From IMG/VR virus record IMGVR_UViG_3300028374_000012, positions 5,696 through 69,695 of that record: DNA of 64,000 nt. The stretch is one strand, 5' to 3'. The DNA is from a virus. Below are positions 10,013-20,612 of the stretch, piece by piece (the stretch's first letter is position 1; each line of letters starts with the position of its first letter). Position numbers and translations under genes: made by a program. The notes below the pieces were generated by a model, which saw only the letters and a program-made list of their open reading frames with translations, was not told where the DNA came from and made no database searches.

Positions 10013-13000
10013 TTATCTGTTAAAATTTTTGCTTTTATGGAAATCTTTAAATGCGTTGGTCTTTGGCTGTTTTAGTCCTTTCCTTATTAAGGATTTACTA
10101 ATACTGGACCCGGCCCTACCTAAGGCTAACCCACCGACCAGTGCGGTTACAAATGGATTTTTTCTTACAGCGTTTTCAATATTATCTAAAGGCTCACCAC
10201 GTCTTGCTTTTACTTCAGCTTTGGCAGAAGTATAATAGGATAGTGGTGCGGCTATAGCAAAACCAGCAGGGTAAGCTGCGGTTTTTTCATTTGTGTCGTT
10301 TATAGTATTTTTCTGCATCTTTGTTATTCCTAACGCTAGTCCACCACTAATTACTGGTGCCACCCATGGGTGGGTTTTTATAAACTTAGCAAAATGTGAC
10401 GCGTTTGCAGTATTACCAAAAATTTGAGCGTATCCTGCATACATTGTACCAAGTAACGTAAAGGGTACAACAGGGTTTTTAACCCCGCTATCATTCGGCA
10501 TAACTGTTGGCTCATCAAAAAATACCTTTTTAAGAAAACTTCGTTCTCTTTGTTGTGGTGTTTCTTCAATAGGCTCATCAAAATTAGCCTGCTTAGTAAT
10601 TCTATTAATAATTAATGGCTTTGTCAAGGAAATATCTGAAATTTCTTCTTTTATTTCATTGGCAATTTTTTCATTAGCTCTGTCAAGGGACACATTTTCA
10701 AGCTCTTCAGGCATTATAGTTGGATCTACAGAAAACACATGTCCAGTTTTTTCAAGCTCTTGTGCTAATTCATATTGGCCCGCTTTATACAAAGCAAGCT
10801 TTTGAAAATCATTTCTTGTTGGTAAAATTCTTAATCCTAAAAAAGTTGATAAAACATCGTTGATAGGATATTCTGCTAATTTTTTTAGAGTCTCATCTTT
10901 TATAGGTGCCTGGGAATTTAGTATAATATTTCCCGGATCTTCAACAATTCAATCTATATCGCCTTGAATCTTTTTATTGATCTGGCCGTGCTTATCTTCG
11001 GCAACCTTTTCAATTCCAAAAACTTTCATAAAGGATGAGACGGGGTCAGCTGGAATTGTTACCAATGATATATCAAAAAAGGTAGGCTTGGTATTTATTG
11101 CATATACTTTCCGGCCATCACTTAAAACCTGATTCATTTGGTTTTTTAAATAAGAAGAATACTGTGCACGGGTCTTTGCTTTTTTCTTTGTTATAGAACA
11201 GTTGTGTACAATATATTCATTAGCTTGGTATGTTTCTGTTTTTGATACCTGTAAATTTTTAACTTTTAATTTTTTGTCAATTCTTTTATTTTCTATAATT
11301 GGTATTAAAACATAATTGTCATATATAAAAATTCTAGAAGACTTCTTTGGTTTTTTTTGAATATTTATTTTGTGACAATAATCCTGCAATGAATATGAAT
11401 CATATTTAGAAATAAAACCAATATAAGTGTACATATTTTTAGACCAGGTTGTGTCTATTGTTCTTTTATGTAAAGAACATCCAATACCAATTGTAAAGCA
11501 TAATCTACGTAAATCTCTAGATAGATACTCTGAAACAGTACAAAACCTAGAAGATTGCACCTTTGAATCAAATGAACCATCTCCATCCAGATAAGAGCCT
11601 AATAAAGATTTCAAAAATTCATCATTATGATCCAAAATTCTGGGGTGTATAAATTTACCGTTTGAATATTCTCCAAAATTTTCTAAAATTATATTAGCCA
11701 AATCCGATGAATAAGCCCTGCAAGATATTTCATATTTAGCTTCATTAATATAATATTTAAAAGTAGTCCCAATTTTTAAAGCACACTTTTTCAAATCTTG
11801 TACTAAATGATCTTCGTCTAATGAAAAAGAAAAGGACATACCAGAATACTTACCATTTCTTTCTTTTATAAAAGAACCTTCTGCTAACCAATATCCGAAA
11901 AATTTGGCGTGCTCTTTTGTATAAATATTCTTTCTATTTACGCTTCTATAAAATGCTAAGTAATCGCCGACTTTTAATTTTTCTGCTTCTTTAAATTCTA
12001 ATTCCGCTTCTGGTAAAGAAGTGAAATAAATTTTAGAATTATTCCCTTTGTTGCTTTCCTTAAATTTATTAGAATCTATTGATAAAAAGGGGTGTTCCTT
12101 TGTTACTTTTAATTCTTTGAAATCTCCAAATAAGGATAGTTGGTGATAAGAATCTACTTCCCTAATATTATCTTTGATTACTTCAGGTTTTTGGTGGTAC
12201 TCATCATAAACTTTATCACCTATATGAACATCTTTTAATTTTTTATAACCAGTTTCTGTATAAATATCAGTATCTAAACTAAAACAAACATCGTATGGAA
12301 CTCTGCAATTATGTACGGCGTACCCCGCTTCAACTAAATAAGACTGGTCATCTTCTACTTCAAAATTAAAGACTGCTCCTTTAAATCCAATTTCTTCGAT
12401 CTCGGAAATTGTATAATACCCGGCGGTTTTATTTTTAGGAAACTTAGGAATTATTAATTTATCTCCTTTTTTAACATCTTGTGCCTTAAGCCAAACTTCT
12501 TCTTTTTTACGAATTACTCGTATTGGGTGTTCTTCGGTACAGGTTAGATCTGGCATAGTTTTTCCAGGTACCTTAAAAGTTAAAAGGCGGCCATTATATA
12601 TTCTTGGTTCTAGAGAGATAACTTTTTTAACATTGCCTAAATGTGTTCTAACCTCGTCACCTATCTTAATATCTTCAATATTTTTTAAAGTTCCATTATC
12701 TAATACAACCTTTGTGCCGGCTGTAAAACATCCCATACTTGTTTTAATTACCTGTCCTTCTGAAATTTTTCTAAGTGTGTTAACAACATCGGGGTGATCT
12801 GCTTTTAGTTTAACAACAATTTCAACCCTCTTCATATTATCATTATAATGAGAGAAGATAACACGGCCCATTGATTTTTTAGGATCCTTGTTAACATGGT
12901 GCTTATAAACATACCCACCGTCTTGAAAAGTGTGATGGCGTGCTTTTAAAGCTTCTTCGGGAAAGTAATCGCCATTCTTGTTGGAGCCATAATATTCCCC

Positions 13001-13180
13001 AGCAGTAAGTGCATTAATAAGTGCATAAAGATATCCATTCTCCCGCTCTAACGAGTTAATATAATTCTCAACTTCTGAAGCATACCCAGCAGTTTTAACC
13101 ATACCTTTTTCTTTATCAAGTATGGTAAAAATACTAGGCTCTTGTGGATTCTGGATGTACTCTGCTACTTTTTCTATCAT
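10013..13180 (-). CDS. Prohead maturation protease with two inteins and a C-terminal extension (1055 aa precursor; TGA=Trp)
   Basis: Motifs NKNGDYF, YKHHVNKD, SMG-C.VPYDV-CSI and FFDISLV..PAD. One TGA at 10949 joins the two track ORFs in frame. First large gene upstream of scaffold and capsid genes. Confidence 0.75.
11201..12286 (-). mobile_element. Intein with LAGLIDADG homing endonuclease (362 aa)
   Basis: Begins CFSLDTDI, has VTKEHPF and LAGLIDADG-like FFGYWLAEG and LLGSYLDGDG, ends YIVHN followed by Cys. Confidence 0.9.
12308..12730 (-). mobile_element. Mini-intein (141 aa, no endonuclease)
   Basis: Begins CFTAGTKV, has block B T.EHP, ends VFNFEV...VHN followed by Cys. Confidence 0.9.
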
Positions 13181-13777
13181 TTAAGCAAAACCGCCTGCGG
13201 TTAGAGCGCCTGTAATTAATGGTGCTGTATCAGGTGCACTACCACTTTCATTACTTTGTATGTCTTTTTCAATTCCGGATAAGGTTTTATAAGTGTCAAT
13301 AGGTGGTCCACCATAATCGTCAACATAACCTCCTTGTAAATTCTGTGCTATAAAAGCTCCGGCGGCTACCGGGTCACTAGCCAGATGTGGGCTTGTGCGA
13401 TATAATGTGCTCCACAATTTAATAACGTTCTTTTCTTCAGCTTCTAATAGCTGTGGATTTTCTTCGAGCATCTCTTTATAATATTTAGGCTCCATTAATT
13501 TTACGCCCATTTGTCGGCCAACGTCAATCATATTTTTAATAAACTGATTTATAATCACCGCTCCTGCAACAACACCTAAAAGTCCTACAGGTGACATATT
13601 AAATGCTTTTGTAGTATCTTTTGCGACCGTAACCCCTGTCTTACCTACTGCCTGAGGTTTGAATAAATTTTTTAAACCTTTAAGAAAATTTGCTCGTTTC
13701 TCTAGGTCTACTTGTGTTTGTGATTTGATGATTGCGCGTCTAGCTGCAATATCTAAAGCTTGAGCTTTTTTGTCCAT
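13181..13777 (-). CDS. Putative virion protein with hydrophobic helix
   Basis: 198 aa; N-terminal segment ends at LEKRA; hydrophobic PVGLLGVVAGAVII. Confidence 0.5.
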   Translation of the reverse strand: MDKKAQALDIAARRAIIKSQTQVDLEKRANFLKGLKNLFKPQAVGKTGVTVAKDTTKAFNMSPVGLLGVVAGAVIINQFIKNMIDVGRQMGVKLMEPKYYKEMLEENPQLLEAEEKNVIKLWSTLYRTSPHLASDPVAAGAFIAQNLQGGYVDDYGGPPIDTYKTLSGIEKDIQSNESGSAPDTAPLITGALTAGGFA

Positions 13778-13779
13778 TG

Positions 13780-14772
13780 CTAGTTATAACTCCTTTTTAC
13801 TCTATTTGGATTCCAATTTTTGGTTAAAGCCTTTCCCGGAGGATTTTCTTTTCCGGCCTGGTGAACAGTTCCAGCAACAAAAGGTACAGAAAAAGCTGCC
13901 ACTGTTTTCTTTTTATTTTTAGAAACCCATCTAAGGGCTCCGGCAGTCTTGTTACCCATGTATACTTCTTCGGCTTTGGCCACCTTTTGTAGGGGGTGGT
14001 CATCACTAATGTCTTCTTGTAATTTCTTTATTTCTTGTGCAGTCTTAACAATCTCTGCAGCAATGTTATTGAACTTAATAACCTTCTTGGCTAAGTCACT
14101 ATTAAAGTTAATTTCTTTTTGAGCTCTTTTTGTAAATTCTTCTTCTGAAACTTCAAGACATATTCTGTCTTTTTCTAAATCTTTATTTAATTCTTCAACA
14201 AGATAGTCTCCAAAAGGCGCAGCTTCTTTTATAATATAGGTGATATCATTAATATCTGATCCACCGAGAACTGCTTGTTTTACCATATTGTATATAGGGG
14301 GAATTCGTGTTTCAAGGCTTATAGAACTTTCAATAATTTTGTTTTCATAACTGGCAAGTTTTCGTCTAACGTCAGCAGCCTCGTTATATTTCTCTGTAGC
14401 TGACTTTTCTTTTGTATACTCTGCTACCTTTTCAAAAAGATAGTCAGGGGTTTCAGTAATTGAATCACGATTAGGGGCTTGCCGATAATCATATATGTCA
14501 GAAGCAGCGGCTGTTTTTTCAGGCTCTACATTTGAGATTTGAGAAGGGTCTGCAACATCAAAAACAATATACGCATCATCTCCGGATGCTGTTTTAAGCA
14601 TGTTTAAATGGGTGTTAATATTGGCTACCTCCGCTACTCTATGAATTTGGTGTTGGTTTAAACCATAATCTTCAGCAACCTTTGTAAGGCCGTCTGTAAG
14701 GGGGATTCCCTTTGATATATAGTCGTCTGAAATTTCTTCGCCGAGTTTTTTTAGTTTTTCTACTTTTAACAT
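13780..14772 (-). CDS. Putative inner-head/core protein rich in K-x-A motifs
   Basis: 330 aa with TKVA, LKTA, EKTA, EKVA, TKRA, VKTA, QKVA, NKTA; first gene of the head operon. Confidence 0.55.
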   Translation of the reverse strand: MLKVEKLKKLGEEISDDYISKGIPLTDGLTKVAEDYGLNQHQIHRVAEVANINTHLNMLKTASGDDAYIVFDVADPSQISNVEPEKTAAASDIYDYRQAPNRDSITETPDYLFEKVAEYTKEKSATEKYNEAADVRRKLASYENKIIESSISLETRIPPIYNMVKQAVLGGSDINDITYIIKEAAPFGDYLVEELNKDLEKDRICLEVSEEEFTKRAQKEINFNSDLAKKVIKFNNIAAEIVKTAQEIKKLQEDISDDHPLQKVAKAEEVYMGNKTAGALRWVSKNKKKTVAAFSVPFVAGTVHQAGKENPPGKALTKNWNPNRVKRSYN

Positions 14773-14781
14773 GATGTTTTA

Positions 14782-14810
14782 AATATATTCTTTAAGTTAT
14801 TTACTGTCAA
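14782..14810 (-). promoter_or_regulatory. Sigma70-like promoter for head operon
   Basis: TTGACA-17 bp-TATATT, 9 nt before ATG 14772. Confidence 0.8.
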
Positions 14811-14813
14811 GTT

Positions 14814-17303
14814 TTACTGCAAAATTTCTCCTAAATCATAAAACATTATAGCTGCAATAGAACCAAACAGGCTAGAATGTACAAAATCATCGGGACCTAC
14901 GTTCGTAAACTTCTGTGTATTTTTGTCCTCATCATACTCAATAATAACGTTTCTAGCATCTGAGGCTAAATGCGAGATGTCCTCCCATCTTGGTAATCTT
15001 AATTTACCGTTTTTTATTAATTCAAAATATTTATTCATTATATAATTTTTGTTCATTGTATATGCTCTCATTTTAGCATTATACTTGATGGGTTCTTTTT
15101 GTGCGCCAAGATGTTGAAAAGCTAATACCTTTTCTACGCCCAATCTTTTTCTAAATTCACTGTTTGGTGCTTCGCCCATTCCATAATCAGCAGCTAATAT
15201 ATTACAATTTCATTCTTTAAATATTCTGGGAACTTCTTCATGAATAAAAGAATAGTCGCTTTCCTTGCCTACAAATCGTTTAGCATAAGCAACCTGAAGC
15301 CTTCCATCTATTACTTGAATTATTGATATAACTGTGTAAGAGTTTTCACTATTTACCGGCCCATAATCAATTCCCATAATAGACGGCCGAGTTCTATAAC
15401 CTTTATGTGGTTTAGAAGACATCTCAAAATCTTCTTTACAAGCTGCCATTAATTCAGCTTTTGTAATCGGTATAGATCCACTATCATATTCTAAGCCAAG
15501 TGTCTCATTATAGAATAAGGCTGTAGAAGTATTCTCCATTTTATAAATAACATCCTTTTCCCAATCGACCCAGGGAGAGTGTGCAAAGTGAAGCAAGCAG
15601 ACTCTGTATCCTTCCATATCCGGCATCTTATCAGGGTCGTCATATGTTGAGACCCATTCTCCTTTAGCTGTCCTTAAATCTAATTTCTCGCCGCATTTAC
15701 TACAAGCTAATCCGGTTAAAGCAATATTATCTGGTCCTAAAATATTCCAGTGGTTGCAAGCATTACACTTAATTACATATTCATATTGAGTACTCTTGAA
15801 CCATAAGTCTGCAAGGGTGCCTTTTGTTCGCTTAGGAGTTCCGGCATAAACTGACTTTTTAATTAAAGATCTAGACATTGTTTCTTGGATAACTGTGATA
15901 ACGTCTTTCTTTAAATCCTGGCAGTTACCAACAACAACGGGACCTTTTGAGTCCTGGTGTCTTACAATTAAAGTACCGTTAGGAACAGTAGCACAATACA
16001 CCTTACCTTTATAATGCTCTGTAAAAGGTTCATTATTTTCATTATTAAGTACTCTTATACTTCTTTTTGAAACCTTTACAATGTACTCAGGATTCCCATA
16101 CCTAGTTTTTTGGGTTATAACATTGCTGGGATTGCCCCCTATTAAACGAACTGCTTGAAGGTCATCTGCCAGTTGTTTGTCTTGGGTTCTAAAATGTGTC
16201 CATTGTACTGTAGCATTAAAAAAGTCTTCTGTGTAATCTCTATATTCAATAAAAGTTTCTAAAGGAATACGATTGTTCAGCCCCATTACATATTCTTTAA
16301 AATCCGGATCTGTTATAACATAAACATCTCTTGCGGAATCTTTCTTAGGTTTAACCCAATGTGATAATCCTAGATTTTCTAGGGATGTATGAAAGCTTGA
16401 AGAAAATCTATTTTCTTTAACATAGATATGTATTTTACCAGTATCATCATCAACTTCCCCTCTTGCAAAAAACCAACCCAAAAATGTAAAAAAGTCTTTG
16501 GCCGGATAACCCATAAATGTTTCCGGGGATTTCTTTTCTATAGGTTGTGGGTGAGTAAGCATCCGAAACTGCACATCAGTAGTTTCCTCAGCTTTCAAAA
16601 AGCCCCAGGTTTTTTCGTCCTGTATGTTTGCATATAAATTATGTCCGGGAGTTGTTTTTAAAAGCATGCTTTGGCTTTGGAAATTATAAACTTCTCCCTC
16701 GTAATCTTTTTGGATAATACGGGTTGGCTCTTGAAATTCTAATTGTTGGTGAGCATTTACAGTTGCAAAAATATCATCTTCGGTAATCCGGGATACATTT
16801 TTTCATCCCTTTTTTGTTAGTACTTCCATATCATCTGTAAAGCACTCATCAAAATAGTTATAATCTGCAGAAATACCACGAATACGATCAGCGTTTAATA
16901 AAGCATACCTTAAGTTAATTACGCTACCATTTATAAATTCTTTTTTATAAACATTCTGAACAAGGCGGGAATCAATGTAATGGTTTTGGATTAACGGCGA
17001 GTTTTTAATAACCGGCTCTAATTTATCACGTGCTCATTCTTGAGTCTGGGCTACAGCGGGTGAAACATATAATTGTTTTATATTACCCTCCATTAAAGCT
17101 CGGGACATAACTATATTTGCTAGCGATACGCTTTTCGATGTTTGTCGTGAGAACTTCATAACAACATCCTGGGCGGAGCTGTTATAGATTCTACGCATGT
17201 GGGGGTAATCATCCAGGGAAAGGGGCTTTCCCTGGAGATATAAGAAATTTTCTGAAAAGTCACTGAGCGTTAGCTCGACTGTTTCCTTTTTATTTTTTGC
17301 CAT
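14814..17303 (-). CDS. terL: Terminase large subunit, GpA-like, with intein (829 aa precursor; TGA=Trp)
   Basis: Walker A-like FSRQTSKS, RIRGISAD..YFDE Walker B, AGTPK, Zn-ribbon CNAC/CSKC, FYNETLG, MGIDYG nuclease motif, DDFVHS. Joined through TGA at 17034, 16803 and 15210. Confidence 0.9.
15924..16844 (-). mobile_element. Intein in terminase (307 aa, degenerate LAGLIDADG region)
   Basis: Inserted right after Walker B DE. Begins CFTDDMEVLTKKG(W)K, has TPGHNL, ends VYCATVPNG...VVGN followed by Cys. Confidence 0.9.
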
Positions 17304-17464
17304 CTAACTGCTTCTTTTCTTTTCTCACGTTTTATTTCTGAGGGCTTTTTAAAAAATTGACGCTCTCGGTATTCCTCGAGGATACCAGCTGCTTGTACTT
17401 TCTTTTTGAAAGCTATTAGTGCGCCTTCTAGGTTATTGTTTCTTACTGTGACTTTTACTGACAT
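17270..17464 (-). CDS. rpsU: Phage-encoded ribosomal protein bS21
   Basis: V.VRNNNLEGAL..FKKKV..AGILEEYRERQFFKKPSE.KR is the bS21 signature; overlaps the terminase start. Confidence 0.92.
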   Translation of the reverse strand: MSVKVTVRNNNLEGALIAFKKKVQAAGILEEYRERQFFKKPSEIKREKRKEAVRWQKIKRKQSS

Positions 17465-17512
17465 ATATAATATTTTAGTTTAAGAGTGGGTGATAAATTT
17501 AGAAATATAAGT

Positions 17513-17710
17513 TTACTTTCCAAAATTTTTGTTTGTTGAAATTTGTCCTACTCTATAATCTTTAATCTTAATAGCTTTTACTCTCTTAGGAGGCAGGGTT
17601 TTTTCAGTTGCTCTTTCAATTGACCCGAAACTTTTTCCTATGTCATCGGGGTCAGTCCCCCTTAACCTTTTTAAATGTCTTTGTATTTGTTTAACTGGTA
17701 CTTTAGTCAT
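17513..17710 (-). CDS. Hypothetical basic protein
   Basis: 65 aa ORF overlapping the upstream stop, in operon. Confidence 0.5.
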   Translation of the reverse strand: MTKVPVKQIQRHLKRLRGTDPDDIGKSFGSIERATEKTLPPKRVKAIKIKDYRVGQISTNKNFGK

Positions 17711-18530
17711 TGTTAATTAAATCATTTAGATGTTTTGGTTTTTCAGAAACCTCTACATTGGTTTTTATTTTAAATTCATAATTTTCTAAAAAATTAGCTG
17801 CGCTTTTTTGGTCTTCTTTTTGCAACGAATCAATCCGGTCAGTTAATTTAATAGCCAAACCTGCCCAGCGTTGTGCAACGGCCGGCTTTATTTTGCTTTG
17901 TTCTTTAAAATTGTAATAAGAATCATTTACCATGTCCCGGAGCATTTCTCCAAAATCTTTTTCAGGGGCGGCCCCAAGCTTCCATAACAAATAATCCTTG
18001 TCGCCTTTCAGAGCCATTTTATAATACTTGTTTAGCTCAGGATCTTCAATATTATTTACATACTGCTGACGCTCGGACAAAGTCCAATCGGACACATTGA
18101 AAAAATATTTTAAAAATAACTCAATATCTTCCGCAGCGTATTCTACGTTAAATTTTCCATTAGAGATCATATCAATGTCCTGATCGTCTATTCTGGCCAG
18201 GGCCAGGGCTGTTACCAGTCGGTACATTAATGGATCACTTATAAGTTGGAAAGCTTTTTTAGGAGAAATAAAATCTCCATTTATGTGGAATCCGGTTAAA
18301 TGAGAAAACATTTCTTGAATACCCATAGCTTCTATCCAATCAGGATCTGCTGGGTCCGGATCAACGGGATCAAAATAAGAAGGGTTGCTATCCTTAATAG
18401 TATTGATAATGATAGCAATAGCTTTATCGGGAATCGTTAAATTATATTTTTCAAGCTCTTCCAGAATTTGTTCTAGAGTTTTTCTCGATACAACTAATGA
18501 CTCTATATACTTAATGTGTGGTATTAACAT
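17703..18530 (-). CDS. Hypothetical helical protein (possible terminase small subunit)
   Basis: 275 aa, GGAGG upstream, two ORFs upstream of terL; function inferred from position only. Confidence 0.4.
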   Translation of the reverse strand: MLIPHIKYIESLVVSRKTLEQILEELEKYNLTIPDKAIAIIINTIKDSNPSYFDPVDPDPADPDWIEAMGIQEMFSHLTGFHINGDFISPKKAFQLISDPLMYRLVTALALARIDDQDIDMISNGKFNVEYAAEDIELFLKYFFNVSDWTLSERQQYVNNIEDPELNKYYKMALKGDKDYLLWKLGAAPEKDFGEMLRDMVNDSYYNFKEQSKIKPAVAQRWAGLAIKLTDRIDSLQKEDQKSAANFLENYEFKIKTNVEVSEKPKHLNDLINND

Positions 18531-18539
18531 TTATACCTC

Positions 18540-18773
18540 CTAGGATGCTAATGATAAATATAATTTTAAACTATCTAAGTCCGGTGCAACAGTGGTGGAA
18601 AAAATATCTGCGCCTTCTTCTGTTAGCACAGATAACTTTCCATTATTTTTACCTATAATAGTTTCTGTTTCAAAACCTAAATCCTCTTCAATCATTAAAC
18701 GTACCTTTTCCGAAAGTTCAGTAAAACTTTTATCTCCAGGATGTTCAATTAAAAATTTAGGTATTCCGTCCAT
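18540..18773 (-). CDS. Hypothetical protein
   Basis: 77 aa ORF tightly packed in operon. Confidence 0.55.
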   Translation of the reverse strand: MDGIPKFLIEHPGDKSFTELSEKVRLMIEEDLGFETETIIGKNNGKLSVLTEEGADIFSTTVAPDLDSLKLYLSLAS

Positions 18774-18776
18774 TAC

Positions 18777-19055
18777 TTAATCTTTTAAAGCAATAGCGCC
18801 TGTGCCAGTTACTGCGACTCCACCCGCAGCGCCTATTCCAAGGGCTCCTTTATTTTTCTTTGTATAATCAAGAGCTTTGTCTGACACCTCTCTTAAAGAT
18901 TTGCCTATTGATTCAGCGTCTTTTGCAGGCTTTCCTTTTTTAAATCCTGTAAAAAATTTCCTACCCTTTGCTACTATTCCGGTTCCAATAAATTTTGCGT
19001 CTTTTTCTAGTTCGTCCTTAAAACCTTGTACAAGGTATGTATCTAAATTTTCCAT
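18777..19055 (-). CDS. Putative virion cargo protein: leader peptide + basic region + Gly-rich C-terminal helix
   Basis: MENLDTYLVQGFKDELEKDA leader; C-terminal ALGIGAAGGVAVTGTGAIAL. Confidence 0.6.
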   Translation of the reverse strand: MENLDTYLVQGFKDELEKDAKFIGTGIVAKGRKFFTGFKKGKPAKDAESIGKSLREVSDKALDYTKKNKGALGIGAAGGVAVTGTGAIALKD

Positions 19056-19086
19056 TTGTTTAATTTAATTTATTTTTTGTGTTTAG

Positions 19087-19950
19087 TTATTTTTTGTTAG
19101 ATAACATGAGATATCCGCCAACCCCAAGAGCAGTTCCAGCTCCACCAAGCGCTCCACCTGTTAGTACTTTCGGGCTTTTAAGATACTTGAGAGCCTTAGA
19201 CCCGATCGATGTAGTTTTCCCAGCCTCGGGTGCTACCTTAGCAGCTGCTTGTGCAGTTTCTTTAACTTTTTGAGTTTCTTGAACTCCGGCTTTTGCATTC
19301 TCTATAAATGTAATAACCTCATCACTAAAACCTTGACGCAATTTAGGATTTTTTAGAAAATTATCCAACTTATCAACAATAGTTGAATTTTTAAATTTAC
19401 GTACATCCACTTTATGGTTTACTTTTTGTTGGCGTAATTTACGTGCTTTAGCTTTTTCGTCTGCAATAATTCTGTTTGCTTTTTCGGCCTCTGCAATTTC
19501 AGCGTCGGTTACTGCTGCATTCTTGGATAGTAAATGATACCCACCGGCTCCTACAGCTGTACTAACCCCAGCCAGTGCTAATACTTTTGGATTCTTTAAG
19601 TATTTAAGTGTGTTAGCTCCAAGGGGGGTTTTCTTGGTAACCTTTGCTGCTTCTTCTGCAGCAACCCTCGCTGCTTCTTGTTCTGCTTTTCTTTGAGCTC
19701 AACGGGTTGTCACTGCTTCTTTGCCTGCTTTTTGTACATCCTTATTTGTTAAAAAGTCTTTAGTACTACTAAGTATACTTTTTTTACTACCATCTAATGA
19801 CTGCGGAGGTATAAAACTTTCCATAGCTGCTGTTTGTATGTTTGGATTGTGGACTGCATCTAAAACTACTTCTTTTGCTGTCCTAGCCGCGGCTTCTTTT
19901 TCTATTCCGTGTTTAATTCCTTGTATAAGATATATGTCTAAATTTTCCAT
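19087..19950 (-). CDS. Putative virion cargo polyprotein with two paralogous Gly-rich membrane modules (287 aa; TGA=Trp)
   Basis: TGA at 19699 joins two track ORFs. Leader MENLDIYLIQGIKHGIEKEA. Two copies of LKYLK.PKVL...GGY, separated by SKNA. Confidence 0.65.
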
Positions 19951-19955
19951 TGTTT

Positions 19956-20609
19956 TTAAAAATTGTTAAATGATGGTTGATTATATGGTTTTAATTTTGT
20001 TTGCTCTTTAACAGCACTAGTTAGTTTTGAAACTTTGTGAGGTTTGTAAGCTGAAAAGGCTCCTATGCTAGTTCCGGCGCCTAATTTAGCCGACTTACCT
20101 TTCCATGCTGTTCCGGCAAGTCCCTTTAAAAACCTCATCCCCCTTATTCCTAATGCAAAAGAAGCTGTTTTTTCATTTTCTCTTTTTATTAAAGCTTGTG
20201 CGCCTGTGAAAAGGGGGTAACCTACCGCTCCGGCAATCATTGTTTTTTTAATTCGGCCGCTTAGTCCTGAAAAAGGCGCTCCGGTTGTTTTGGATCCAGC
20301 TTGTTGACGGATAGTTTTTGTATCTAATGGCTGTGTAATAAGTGCAACGCCTGCACCACTAACTCCACCAGCTGTAGTATCAATTACATAATCTTTTAAA
20401 AATTCTTTTATTTCTTCTTTGTCTGCTTTCTGTGATGCTACTGCAACTCCCCCGGTAAGGGCCGCCGCCGTTCCTGATCCTAGAGTTTTATAAGGATTCT
20501 CATTAGCATAATCTTTAGCGTAATTTAAAACCTTTTTAAGTTTTGGGGGTTTGGCAAAAGAAGTTTTTACCATCTCGTCTTTAAACCCCGCTGTTATATA
20601 TTTGTTCAT
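19956..20609 (-). CDS. Putative virion cargo polyprotein containing one mitochondrial-carrier-like repeat
   Basis: Leader MNKYITAGFKDEMVKTS; AGGVSGAGVALITQPLDTKTIRQQ...FSGL...AGAVGYPLF; then NEKTAS. Confidence 0.5.
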   Translation of the reverse strand: MNKYITAGFKDEMVKTSFAKPPKLKKVLNYAKDYANENPYKTLGSGTAAALTGGVAVASQKADKEEIKEFLKDYVIDTTAGGVSGAGVALITQPLDTKTIRQQAGSKTTGAPFSGLSGRIKKTMIAGAVGYPLFTGAQALIKRENEKTASFALGIRGMRFLKGLAGTAWKGKSAKLGAGTSIGAFSAYKPHKVSKLTSAVKEQTKLKPYNQPSFNNF

Positions 20610-20612
20610 ATC

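Noticed and set aside
17270-17464. rpsU and uvsE as evidence of a bacterial chromosome or prophage flank
   Set aside because: Both are embedded in phage operons; no other housekeeping genes, integrase or att site is seen.
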